Below are positions 46,255-57,714 of a stretch of DNA of 64,000 bases, piece by piece. The notes below the pieces were generated by a model. The model ran no database searches, was not told the DNA's origin, and saw only the letters and a program-made list of their open reading frames with translations. The stretch spans positions 80,186 to 144,185 of the forward strand of contig NW_003314439.1 in the NCBI RefSeq assembly GCF_000143415.4, in the 5' to 3' direction. Origin of the DNA: Selaginella moellendorffii (Eukaryota; Plantae; Lycopodiophyta). The position numbers and the translations under genes are program-made. Within the stretch, counting starts at the first letter, position 1; every line of letters begins with the position of its first letter.

Positions 46255-47185
46255 GAGGGGAACTGACTCATGGCATATCTATTGCATCATGGGTCAGTGA
46301 GTCATGGGAATGCAGTAGCTTAAGCTGGTAGGTGTAGGTTTTACCATGATGTTAGGTCTCATTGGTCTCTACCCAACCTAAACCCAATTGATCTAGCCAT
46401 TCATAGGTTAAACAGGGCGGGGAGGGGGGGGCGGGGGGGGGCATATAGCCCTTGTTGGAGGACTGCACCCCAACATGTTGTAGAATGTGGGGAGGACAGA
46501 TGGCTCAGGGTGAAAGGCTAACTAAGATTGGAGATAGCTAGTTTTCCGCAAAATATATTTTTGTAGAGTGTCTCGAGAAGTGGGCTGGGGGTAGAGAACC
46601 AGGTGGGGGCTGGCACCTCGCACAACCATGCCCACCTGGCAAAATTGAAGACGGGCATTATATGCTCTCTGTGCAGATAGAGTCTAGGTGTGAAGATCCA
46701 GGCTAGAGAGGGGAAGAGCCCATATCATTCACTAAGGTCTTGAAGTGATCATTGCGTGGGGGCACACGAGAGTGAAGGGTGGTATTTGGCAATGAAGCCA
46801 AATACCACTCTAGGAGGTGGGCTTGGAAGCAACTATCATGTAAGAGAATGCATACTAGTTCATTGGGAAAGTGGATTTGACCAATCATGATTGGGGCAGA
46901 AGTGGCTCACCAACATGATGAGACCCACAATCAGTAACACTCCCCACCACTTTGCCGGACGAAGGGGCATGGCCCCATGAGTGTTAGTAGCGAAACGTTT
47001 TGTTTTTGATGTGCTGCTCCCAAATGGCTGGTGTGCTAGGAACACAGAAGTGAAAATGCTGACATGAGTAAGGATCAATGGAGAGTGTGACTTGCATCAC
47101 TAGTAGTGGCCAAGTTTTCACATACAATGGATTCACACATACTTAAATGGCCCTTGAGACACACCAAGAGGGCTGATGATGGGGA
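46255..47185 (+). pseudogene. Decayed mitochondrial-type LSU (26S) rRNA fragment (NUMT)
   Basis: LSU blocks in the expected order: ttgcatcatgggtcag, aaacccaattgatctagccat, gggtgaaaggctaactaagattggagatagctagttttccgc, aggaggtgggcttggaagca, aatgctgacatgagtaa; many transitions. Confidence 0.72.
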
Positions 47186-48218
47186 CCACACCTTAGACGC
47201 ACGGATGCCCACACAAGAATGTCATATCTACTACTGACTAGGCAGATGGTTCAATGCTAGGTATGGTGGGTTTGGGGAGCTGATCGTGCCTTGATCAATA
47301 CGGGATCCAGGGGCAAAGCAGACACTTTTGGGAATGGTGGTAGGGGCAGTGATCTTGGGTTTGCCTGGGGAGTGGCCATGGCCAGGTTCAAGTGGGGGTG
47401 GGGTCGAAGGGCTATACATGACCATCTCCTGATTGTGGGTTTGATCCACCTTTCCCCGGCACATCCTAGCAGCCCACCCTACACCCTAGCATGCCTTGAA
47501 TGTGAGACATAAATCCCTAAGCCCCAAAGTGGAGCCAAAAATGTGCTATATAGCAGTGGCCAAAGTAGAAGCCTAAGTAGTGTAACATGTTTGGACCAAA
47601 AGCTCCAACTCAAAAAGTCAAGAGTAAGAGTGCAACTCTAAAAGAAGTGCTTAAGGAATGAGTACGAAATGATTGGTGAATGAGTCTTTAGAAAAGGGAC
47701 ATAAGAGGTCTAACACATTGTAGCGCACCTTATCTCTCTCCCCTTAAGCCAACTGGAAAAGGGGCAATTGCTTAATGAGAGAGCCCTTAGTGGCTATTTT
47801 ATCCCCATTTATCTCCCAAGGTTCCAAGGATCCACGGTGACAGTATATCCAAATCTCATCCCATGATCACATGCGCTACACTCACCCCCCCTTCAGAGAT
47901 GTCAATGTCCTTATTGACTATTGACTAACAACCCCTACTGAGCCAAGGGGAACTAACACCTCCATTTCCGCACTCAATCTACCATCCTTCTATTGTGTAG
48001 ACTAACTATTCCATGTGAGGCAACTAGTCATCCACCCGTACTGCAGTCCCACGGTGGATACCTTCGTCCGTGGATACTCCACACAAGAGGAAGGACATAC
48101 GCATGGATGCCCAATACGTATAATATCAAATTTAGGGGTAGGAATATACCTTGCTCAAGGGTATATTATACTTTTAAGTAGCCACTAATCAATGGGAATC
48201 GAACCCGTGCCATTTGCT

Positions 48219-51200
48219 TGTGAGACACAAAATCCCTAGGCCCCAAAGTGGAGCCGGAAGGGCGCCACATGGTAGTGGCCGAAGCGAGAGCCAAACGAGC
48301 GTAACACGTTTGGACCAAAAGCTTCGACTTGAAAAGTCAAAAGCGGGAGTGGAACTCCCAATGAAGTGCTCGAGGAACAAGCACAAAACGAGCAAAAGGC
48401 GAGGCTCCAAAAAGGGACCCAAAAGGACCAACACATGACACGTGGGAGTGTCCGAGATGGACCCGAGATGGAGTCCGAGATGGAGTCCGAAGTGGAGTCC
48501 GAGGTGGACCCGAGATGGAGTCCGAGATGGAGTCCGAAGTGGAGTCCGAGGTGGACCCGAGATGGACCCGAGTTGGAGTCCGAAGTGGAGTCCGAGATGG
48601 ACCCGAGATGGAGTCCGAGATGGAGTCCGAGATGGAGTCCGAGGTGGACCCGAGATGGACCCGAGTTGGAGTCCGAAGTGGAGTCTGAGATGGACCCGAG
48701 ATGGAGTACGAGATGGAGTCCGAGATGGAGTCCGAGGTGGACCCGAGATGGACCCGAGCTGGAGTCCGAAGTGGAGTCCGAGATGGACCCGAGATGGAGT
48801 CCGAGATGGAGTCCGAGATGGACCCGAGATGGACCCGAAATGGAGTCCGAGATGGAGTCCGAGATGGAGTCCGAGATGGACCCAAGATGGAGTCCAAGAT
48901 GGACCCGAGATGGAGTCCGAGATGGAGTCCGAGATTGAGTCTGAAGTCGAGACCGAGACCGGGACCGAGACCAAGACCGAGACCGAGACCGAGATCGGGA
49001 CCGAGGCCGAGGCCGAGGCCGAGCCCGAGCCCGAGCCCGAGCCCGAGTCCGAATCCGAGTCTGAGTCCGAGTCCGAGTCCGAGTCCGAGTCCGAGTCCGG
49101 AGCCTAAGAGGGTGACAGCCCAAAGCGTTCGTCTCCCAGACCCTGGGGGGTTTGGTGAGCTCCAAAAGTATAGTAGGGGGAGGACTGCAGTGGAGCCAGT
49201 TTGGCCAGGAAAGGCCAGTTTGGCCCAGGAAGGCCAGACCCAGTGTTGGGTGATGAGCTGACCACTGGGAAGTCCAAGACTAGAGTGAACATGGACCGAC
49301 AAGCGGGGTAACTTGGTGAAGTGTTCAAGAGCCGGCTCTAGTTCCCCCGGGAGATCGACTGGCCGATGCTCCCAGTCCAAGTGTGGGTGGCACTACCTAC
49401 TTGGATACCTGGTGTGGCTCAACGGAACCCGCTCTAAGCCCATGGCTAGAGCACCCAAGGGCAGAAGGCGAGGAGAGTACCCAGGTGGCTCGCGTAAGGC
49501 CACGGTGTTCCGAAATGTTGTCCCAAAGGCCCAGACTATGGAAAGGAAGAGGAGCAGTCCTCTGGGGTAGTGACCAAGGACACAGTCGTGTGGTGAGGAA
49601 GTCCCAGAGGACCGTGGGACTTAGTGGTCGGGCCTGTGGGTCTCGATCCAGTGGCAGTATTGGCAAACACGGCCAGGGGCAGAAAGGGACTTAGTGGAGA
49701 CTGACAGAGGGATATTGGGGAAGGCTATTCCCCTTGTCGGTGGGCATCCTAAGGATGCTAAGGAGTGGATCTGAGATGACCACTCACGGATGGTTTGCCT
49801 AGTCTTGGAGGGCCAAGACGGTGATGCAAGTGGTGTTGGACCACCAGTGTGACCAAGGTAAATGGGCATGGCCTTAGCGTAACAGGCCGGTACGTCGGTG
49901 ATACCTTGGGGTGTCGATCATGGGATCGGACACGTGGAGCACTTGGACCAAGTGCTAAGGTTGAGTGGCATGGATGCCATTCTCGGGGTTAGCAAGCCCC
50001 AAGTCCTGAGTTGAACTTATGGAAGTTGTCAATGAGACTCCTCCAAGTGGTCAGCCGTGTGGTTAAGTGACTAAAGTAAAATGGAAAATTTAGTCGCTTA
50101 CAATTTGGTATCGGAGCTGTTCCTTAGTCTGACTTTTATTGGTGCTCAAGTATATCACCACTAGTGTTGGCATTGGAAGGTCCGAGGAGTGGGCCTATCC
50201 TTGAGGAGTAGCAAGTCTGGAAGACATGGCTCTCCATTACAGTTCATGTGTGAACTTGTAGACGAGGTGGTGGATAGAAAAGGGCCAATAATGGAACGAC
50301 TTTGGGATCTTGGGAACAGTGCAAGGTTTTCCTCATTGAGTTGAGGATGTGATCCGGATGAGCATTTGTCTCAGCAAATTGGCTTAGGTTGTTGTGGTAA
50401 ACAACTAAAGTTGGGATCACGGGAAAGATAGAGACTCCAAAACAATAAAGGAGTCACAAGATTATCCTCATATAGTTGAGGTTGGTGCTCATGAATGTGA
50501 GACAAAAGGTAATGACCGTGGAAGGTCAAATACGGAAGAGGACTCAAGTCCTTGAAATGGTGGCCGGGGCTACCTCTAATAAATGCTGGAACAACCCAAG
50601 GAGTTGGGGGTGTATTAAGTGGATGAGTTGGTATTCTCATCACATGGACAAGTAGTCCTAAGGGGCAAAGGTTGCCCCCAGAGAACAAAATCAAGTGTCG
50701 GAGTAACACTTGTGAAAATAGTCCTTTTGAGTAGGACCGGAATGCAAGATGTGTATTCCAGTGAGCTAGTGCCTCACAAATAGGACCTTACGGGTCGGTG
50801 GATTAACCAAGTCCAAAACTGCTAGACGACTCAAGTAGAGTCCTAAAAAGGACTGAATGAAGCATTTGGACTGAGGTGCGTTGTACCCCACAAAGGATGG
50901 GGGGGGATCATAGGATCCAAGGATGAGAACAGAGAGTATCTCATCGATGGCAAAATGTGCCATGCTAAAGTTATGGGAGAGGTGTTCCCAGAAGAAAACA
51001 ACTTTGACATAAAGTTGTGTGTGACCTCTATGGGGCAGTGCTAACAGATGGTTGGCATGAGAAAGAGCGGTGTTGGTCTTGGCAAAGACTTAGACACGAA
51101 GGGGAAATGTCATAGAGGTAGGCTCGTGGAGCCGATGGTGTGGAGACACCAAATGTGCCAAGGTGTGGTACCTTGAGGCTATGTTGGTGGGTTCATGAGA

Positions 51201-54200
51201 ACCCCTTGCCAAAGGAATCCCAATGGAAATGGGAATGGCATAGCCTAAGCTGCAGAGCATGCAGTTGGAGTGTGGTGACCCAGATAGTGATGGAGGTGTG
51301 AAAGCACCAAACAATGAGTTGTAGGATTTGACAACTATGAGGCAACTAAGCAAGAGGTGCAAAATAACTGGTTAAATGGGTAGAAGGTAGCTACCCAAGA
51401 CTTCTAGTATAGGGAAGTCGGATATACCCTTACGGGGGATAAGTTGCTTATGTTGTGATATAGTAAGTCAATGTCATAAAAGGAAATACTCATTGTCAAG
51501 AAAGCCATCATTGGGACACCCGAACACTCTAGAACACCAGAAGGTGGTGTTTGATGTCGCGAGGGCAATGGATAAAGCCCAAGGGACTAAGTCCCTAGCG
51601 AATGATGGATAGAAGGTGCTATCCAAATGTCCAAGGTTGCGGAGACAGGAGAGGACTGTCTACCCAAATTGGACAAAGCCAAAAATGGAATTTTGGCAAG
51701 GCTAGTGATGGGCATGTAAAGGCCCATAAGCAACAATGTAATCCCAGTGTGTGGGATTATAAGGTGAGCATACCCGGATTGAGGAACCACTCCCTAGGCT
51801 ATTGGGTAGGTTCATCCCTAAGAATACTTGCTAAAGCGTGATAGAAAGTGCAAAGCTATCCTCCTGGTCTGGAGGAGAATGACCAAAGGAAAGGTGTGAA
51901 GCCAAAAAGCAAGAAGTAAGGGGATAGAACCGAACCATAAGAATCAAAGGGCATAACCAAGGTTGGTTATGCTAGCTGAGAGTGGAGAATCAAGTGGGGG
52001 CTCAAGGGTGTTGCCACTAGCAACCGTGATGCCATGGAGAGTCTAAAATATGGAATTGTCCATGTTAGACTATGTGGCATTTGGAAGGCTTGCAAAAAGG
52101 GAGGCCTTAGCAAGCTGAGGGACAGAGTTCCTTCAAGGTTCCCAAAGACGATTCTAGGTAGCTTAGTACCTAGAAAGGCCAAGTGTAAATGGTTCATGGA
52201 ACGCACGAAATCAGAGTAGCGCAGCAGAAGCGTGGTCTTGAAGCTTGCCATGAGGCAAGGCTATCAAGGTTAGGGAGGTAGTTCCCGAGTGTTCAAAGAG
52301 AGGGCTTTGAACGAAAGTCGATGGTCAAGGACTTTCATGCTTATGCAGGAACCATGTTACAGTGGTCGGAGGACTTGCCAAGCGAGATTGGCACGTCGGG
52401 GGAACAAATACCCTAGTTGAAGGTGATAACTTCAAAAAGGGTGGGCCATGGGGCCGAGCATGGAGGAGTCCATGCATGATCACAGACATGTCAAGTGAGA
52501 GGACTTGGCAGTGTGGAGGAACTAGGTTCCTAAGCTGTGATCTGTAGCGCGCTTTAAAAATAGGTTGGTGCACCGGCGTGGGGAGTCACGCCAGGCATCT
52601 AGTCTGATGCCGTCCGTAGATGCATATACGGAGGTTAGGTTCGAGTCCCGACCCTCTAGTGCTTGGGTTCGAGTCCCAAATCACTAGGGCGTGGTGATGG
52701 TTTGGAATATGAGGACACTCATATTTCGGTGGTCATGGACTCTCAGTGGGGAGACTGGTTTGGGCACACCGCCAAGCGAGGGATGCCTCGGAGTCGTGAT
52801 GCACGGTTAGATTGCTTAGTGTGAAAGCTCAGCATATCTAACTTGAACGCTTTGGTGCAAGTGGCACCAAGGTCGTGGTGAGTGAGATGGGGACACCTAA
52901 TCTCAGTTGCTATAAACCCTTGGCCGTAAGGGCTGGCTTGGGTGCACCGCCAAGTGTGGGGGATGCCCCCGGGGTTGTAGTCAACAACTTGGAGGTCTAG
53001 AAGACCAAGTACCTCTTGGCAACTCTGTTAAGGTGCCAAGGTGAGATCACTAGGTGACTTTATGGCCAGATAAGGACAAGGTCCTTGGTTGGCTAAGGAA
53101 TGAAGTTCCTGGTTCAAAATGTTGAAATTGAACTGTTTAAGGTGGTGTGGCTTGGTTGTGATGACCAAGTGGGAAGAGCACCTAAGGGAAATAAACTATG
53201 TCCGTGAGATGGCATAGTGAGTCCGAGGAAAGTAGTCTCTATAAAAGACCCATGGGAGGGTCACGAAGTTGGGCCGTGGATAGAGCCCATAGCAGAAGAT
53301 GCTAAAGAGACGTACTAGGGGTGAACATCCTCCGGACTTGGCAAAGAAGAGTCTTTGCTATGGAACCGAAACAATACCTCAAGGAGGGAGGTAGAGATTC
53401 GATGTTGCTTGGTGCAACAATCAACGGATAGGAGCAAAAGATGAGTGGCCAAGATAGGGCCGTGGAATCCCTTGGGGGGAATCCAAGTGACAAAGTTAGG
53501 CGAGGAACACTAATGTGTTGGACGCTAACAAGTTGCGGGAAAGGAAGTGTGTTTCCAAGGAGGGATTCCGAAATGCTCCGGTTTGGCGAAAATGGAAGCT
53601 CCAAGGGAGGGAGCGGTAAGGTAGCCAAATGATAGGGCCATGAACAGCCCTAGCACAAAGTATGATAACTGGAACTTTGGCACGAAATAGAAGAGAGGAT
53701 GATGGTGCCCTCGAGTAAAGAACTTCCTAGGATGGGAAGTGGAGTTGCACAAAAGGTGCAAGGCAAGGTGTCGGAGACACCCAGGAAATTGACTCCAAGA
53801 AGTCAAAATTCAAAGTTCCAAAGTGCAAAAGGTTATATCGATGGAAATTGAGACTACTCGAGAAGGAGTAGTGGGATTGACTTAGAGAAGGGTCTCTAAG
53901 AGGTTTAGCGAGAACTAAACCAATAAAAGGAGAGAACCACTATATGTGGTCCAATCAGTCTCTAAGTTGGAGAGACTACCCTCCTTAGAGGATATGCAAA
54001 AGGCATGGTGAGCCTTCAATGTCCAACCATTGGCGAATATGGAGAAGGCATGGTGAGCCTTCAATGTCGCACCATTGACAAATATTGGCTACGTGCCAAG
54101 GATGGAAATGGTAACACATGCGGGTGTTACTTTATAAAATGGTTCACCGTTCGATGAGGACATCGAACTTCGTCTATGGGTGGTGGAGTTGTGAGACACA

Positions 54201-56020
54201 AAATCCCTAGGCCCCAAAGTGGAGCCGGAAGGGCGCCACATGGTAGTGGCCGAAGCGAGAGCCAAACGAGCGTAACACGTTTGGACCAAAAGCTTCGACT
54301 TGAAAAGTCAAAAGCGGGAGTGGAACCCCCAATGAAGTGCTCGAGGAACAAGCACAAAGCGAGCAAAAGGCGAGGCTCCAAAAAGGGACCCAAAAGGACC
54401 AACACATGACACGTGGGAGTGTCCGAGATGGACCCGAGATGGAGTCCGAGATGGAGTCCGAAGTGGAGTCCGAGGTGGACCCGAGATGGACCCGAGTTGG
54501 AGTCCGAAGTGGAGTCCGAGATGGACCCGAGATGGAGTCCGAGATGGAGTCCGAGATGGAGTCCGAGGTGGACCCGAGATGGACCCGAGTTGGAGTCCGA
54601 AGTGGAGTCTGAGATGGACCCGAGATGGAGTACGAGATGGAGTCCGAGATGGAGTCCGAGGTGGACCCGAGATGGACCCGAGCTGGAGTCCGAAGTGGAG
54701 TCCGAGATGGACCCGAGATGGAGTCCGAGATGGAGTCCGAGATGGACCCGAGATGGACCCGAAATGGAGTCCGAGATGGAGTCCGAGATGGAGTCCGAGA
54801 TGGACCCAAGATGGAGTCCAAGATGGACCCGAGATGGAGTCCGAGATGGAGTCCGAGATTGAGTCTGAAGTCGAGACCGAGACCGGGACCGAGACCAAGA
54901 CCGAGACCGAGACCGAGATCGGGACCGAGGCCGAGGCCGAGGCCGAGCCCGAGCCCGAGCCCGAGCCCGAGTCCGAATCCGAGTCTGAGTCCGAGTCCGA
55001 GTCCGAGTCCGAGTCCGGAGCCTAAGAGGGTGAAAGCCCAAAGCGTTCGTCTCCCAGACCCTGGGGGGTTTGGTGAGCTCCAAAAGTATAGTAGGGGGAG
55101 GACTGCAGTGGAGCCAGTTTGGCCAGGAAAGGCCAGTTTGGCCCAGGAAGGCCAGACCCAGTGTTGGGTGATGAGCTGACCACTGGGAAGTCCAAGACTA
55201 GAGTGAACATGGACCGACAAGCGGGGTAACTTGGTGAAGTGTTCAAGAGCCGGCTCTAGTTCCCCCGGGAGATCGACTGGCCGATGCTCCCAGTCTAAGT
55301 GTGGGTGGCACTACCTACTTGGATACCTGGTGTGGCTCAACGGAACCCGCTCTAAGCCCATGGCTAGAGCACCCAAGGGCAGAAGGCGAGGAGAGTACCC
55401 AGGTGGCTCGCGTAAGGCCACGGTGTTCCGAAATGTTGTCCCAAAGGCCCAGACTGTGGAAAGGAAGAGGAGCAGTCCTCTGGGGTAGTGACCAAGGACA
55501 CAGTCGTGTGGTGAGGAAGTCCCAGAGGACCGTGGGACTTAGTGGTCGGGCCTGTGGGTCTCGATCCAGTGGCAGTATTGGCAAACACGGCCAGGGGCAG
55601 AAAGGGACTTAGTGGAGACTGACAGAGGGATATTGGGGAAGGCTATTCCCCTTGTCGGTGGGCATCCTAAGGATGCTAAGGAGTGGATCTGAGATGACCA
55701 CTCACGGATGGTTTGCCTAGTCTTGGAGGGCCAAGACGGTGATGCAAGTGGTGTTGGACCACCAGTGTGACCAAGGTAAATGGGCATGGCCTTAGCGTAA
55801 CAGGCCGGTACGTCGGTGATACCTTGGGGTGTCGATCATGGGATCGGACACGTGGAGCACTTGGACCAAGTGCTAAGGTTGAGTGGCATGGATGCCATTC
55901 TCGGGGTTAGCAAGCCCCAAGTCCTGAGTTGGACTTATGGAAGTTGTCAATGAGACTCCTCCAAGTGGTCAGCCGTGTGGTTAAGTGACTAAAGTAAAAT
56001 GGAAAATTTAGTCTCTTACA
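48219..56020 (+). mobile_element. Young non-coding LTR element (LARD-like, family A), 7.8 kb
   Basis: LTRs 48219-50102 and 54190-56020 with ~7 substitutions by eye, TSD TTGCT, PBS TGGTATCGGAGC at 50106-50117, PPT atgggtggtggag before the 3' LTR; 4.1-kb interior has no long ORF. Confidence 0.92.
48450..49100. repeat. LTR-internal minisatellite (11/12-bp gagatggagtcc/gagatggaccc units) plus hexamer array (gagacc/gaggcc/gagccc/gagtcc)
   Basis: Directly visible; second copy at ~54421-55020, decayed third copy at ~56220-56600. Confidence 0.95.
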
Positions 56021-57714
56021 TTGCTCCGATACCAATTGTAGCGCACTTTATCTCTCTCCCCTTAAGCCAACTAGAAAAGGGGCAATTGCTTAATGAGAGA
56101 GCCCTTAGTGGCTATTTTATCCCCATTTATCTCCCAAGGTTCCAAGGATCCACGGTGACAGTATATCCAAATCTCATCCCATAATCACATGCGCTACACA
56201 CATGATGCCTGGAAGTGTCGGGACCGAGTCTAAGATGTAGTCCAAAATGGACCCAAGATGCACCCAAGATGGATCCGAGATAGAGTTTGAGATGGACTTG
56301 AGATGGATCTGAGATGGAGTCCAAGAGTCTGAGATGGACCCAAGATGAAATCTAAGATGGAGTTTGAAATGAACTCGAGATGGAGTCCGAGATGGAGTTT
56401 AAGATGGACCTGAGATGGACCCAAGATCGAGTTTGAGATGGAATCTAAGATAGACTTAAGATGGACTTGAGAAGGAGTTTAAGAAGGAGTTCGAGATTGA
56501 GGCTAGGATTGAGACCATGGTCGAGACCAAAATTGAGACCGAGATCAAAACCGAGACCAAGACTGAGACTGAGTTTGAGTCTGAGTCCAAGTCCGAGGGT
56601 GAAAGCCCAAAGCAATCATCTCCCAGACCCTGGGGGGTTTAGTGAACTCCAAAAGTATAGTAAGGGGGAGGACTCTAGTGGAGTTAGTTTAGCTAGGAAA
56701 GGCTAGTATGACTAAGGAAACTTATACCCACATATTAGGTCATGATATAACCACTAAGGAGTCCAAGGCTAGAGTGAATATAGATAAACAAATGGGGTTG
56801 CTTAATGATGTGTTCAAGAGTCGACTCTAGCTCTCTAGGAGATCAAATGGTCAATGAGATCCAAGTGTGGGTGGCACTACCTACTTAAATACCTGGCATG
56901 GCTCATTAAAACCTCACCACATGGCTAAGGCATACAAAGGTAGAAGGTGGGGAGAGTACCTATAAAACTTGCGTGAAATATTGTCCCAAAGTCCCAAACT
57001 ATAAAAGGGAAGAGGAGCAATTTTTTTATGTAATGATTAAGGATGTGGTTATGTGGCAAGGAAGTCTCAGAGGTCAATAGAATGTGGTGGTTGGGCTTTT
57101 GAGCCCTAACCTAGTGGTAGTGTTGGCAAACATGGTTAGGGATAGAGAGGGATTTAGTGGGGATTAAAAAAAGGATGTTAAGGAAGATTGTTCTCCATGT
57201 CTTCGTGCATTCTAATGATACTAAGGAGTGGTTCAAGGATGACCACTCATGGATAGACGGCCTAGTCTTTGAAAAGTGGGACTATGGTATAGATGGTATA
57301 GGATTACAAATGAGCCAAGGATAAATAGATATGGCTTTAGCATAATAAGTTGATAGATCGGTAATACTTTTTGGGTGTCTATTATAGGATCAAACACATA
57401 GAGCACTTGGACCAAGTGCAAAAGCTAAATATCATAGATGCCATTCATGGGGCTAATATGTCCTTAAGTCCGGAATAAGGTTGTGAGTGAGACTCCTTCA
57501 AGTAGTTAAAGGTGTGGTTAAATGATTAAAGTAGAATGGAAAATTTAGTTACTTACAACTTGGTATTAAAGATGTTTTTTAGTTTAACTTTTATTGGTGG
57601 TCAAGTATATCACCACTTGTATTGGCATTGAAAGATCCCAAAAGTGAGCATATCCTCGAGGAGTAGCATGTCGAGAGGGCATGACTCTCCACTTTAATTA
57701 ATATGTGAACATAT

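Larger units (their letters stand above)
47719..56198 (-). mobile_element. TRIM (non-autonomous miniature LTR retrotransposon), ~673 bp when reconstructed, interrupted by the LARD
   Basis: 162-bp LTRs at 47719-47880 and 56037-56198 (TGTAGCGCA...TGCGCTACA, 3 mismatches), TSD CACAT, minus-strand PBS at 56023-56034, PPT at ~47881-47893, ~349-bp non-coding interior. Confidence 0.92.
47501..57710 (+). mobile_element. Old degenerate family-A LTR (47501-47718 + 56204-57557) with decayed PBS and start of internal region
   Basis: Begins tgtgagacataaatccctaagcccc like the young LTR, resumes after the TRIM, ends ttagttacttaca; 57560-57710 resembles 50105-50260; heavy C>T/G>A decay. Confidence 0.85.

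Noticed and set aside
46255-47185. Functional rRNA gene or bacterial contamination
   Set aside because: Partial, heavily mutated and contiguous with nuclear repeats.
48450-48940. Repeat array superficially like a CRISPR array
   Set aside because: No unique spacers, eukaryotic context, no cas genes.
48189-49380. Multiple 180-350 aa ORFs (SPRW, GLGL, ESES repeats), repeated at 54127-55220
   Set aside because: Products of stop-free minisatellites inside the LTRs; open in several frames on both strands and decayed in the old copy.
50103-54189. Intact gag-pol within the 7.8-kb element
   Set aside because: No ORF longer than ~110 aa and no clear RT or integrase motifs; at most highly decayed remnants.
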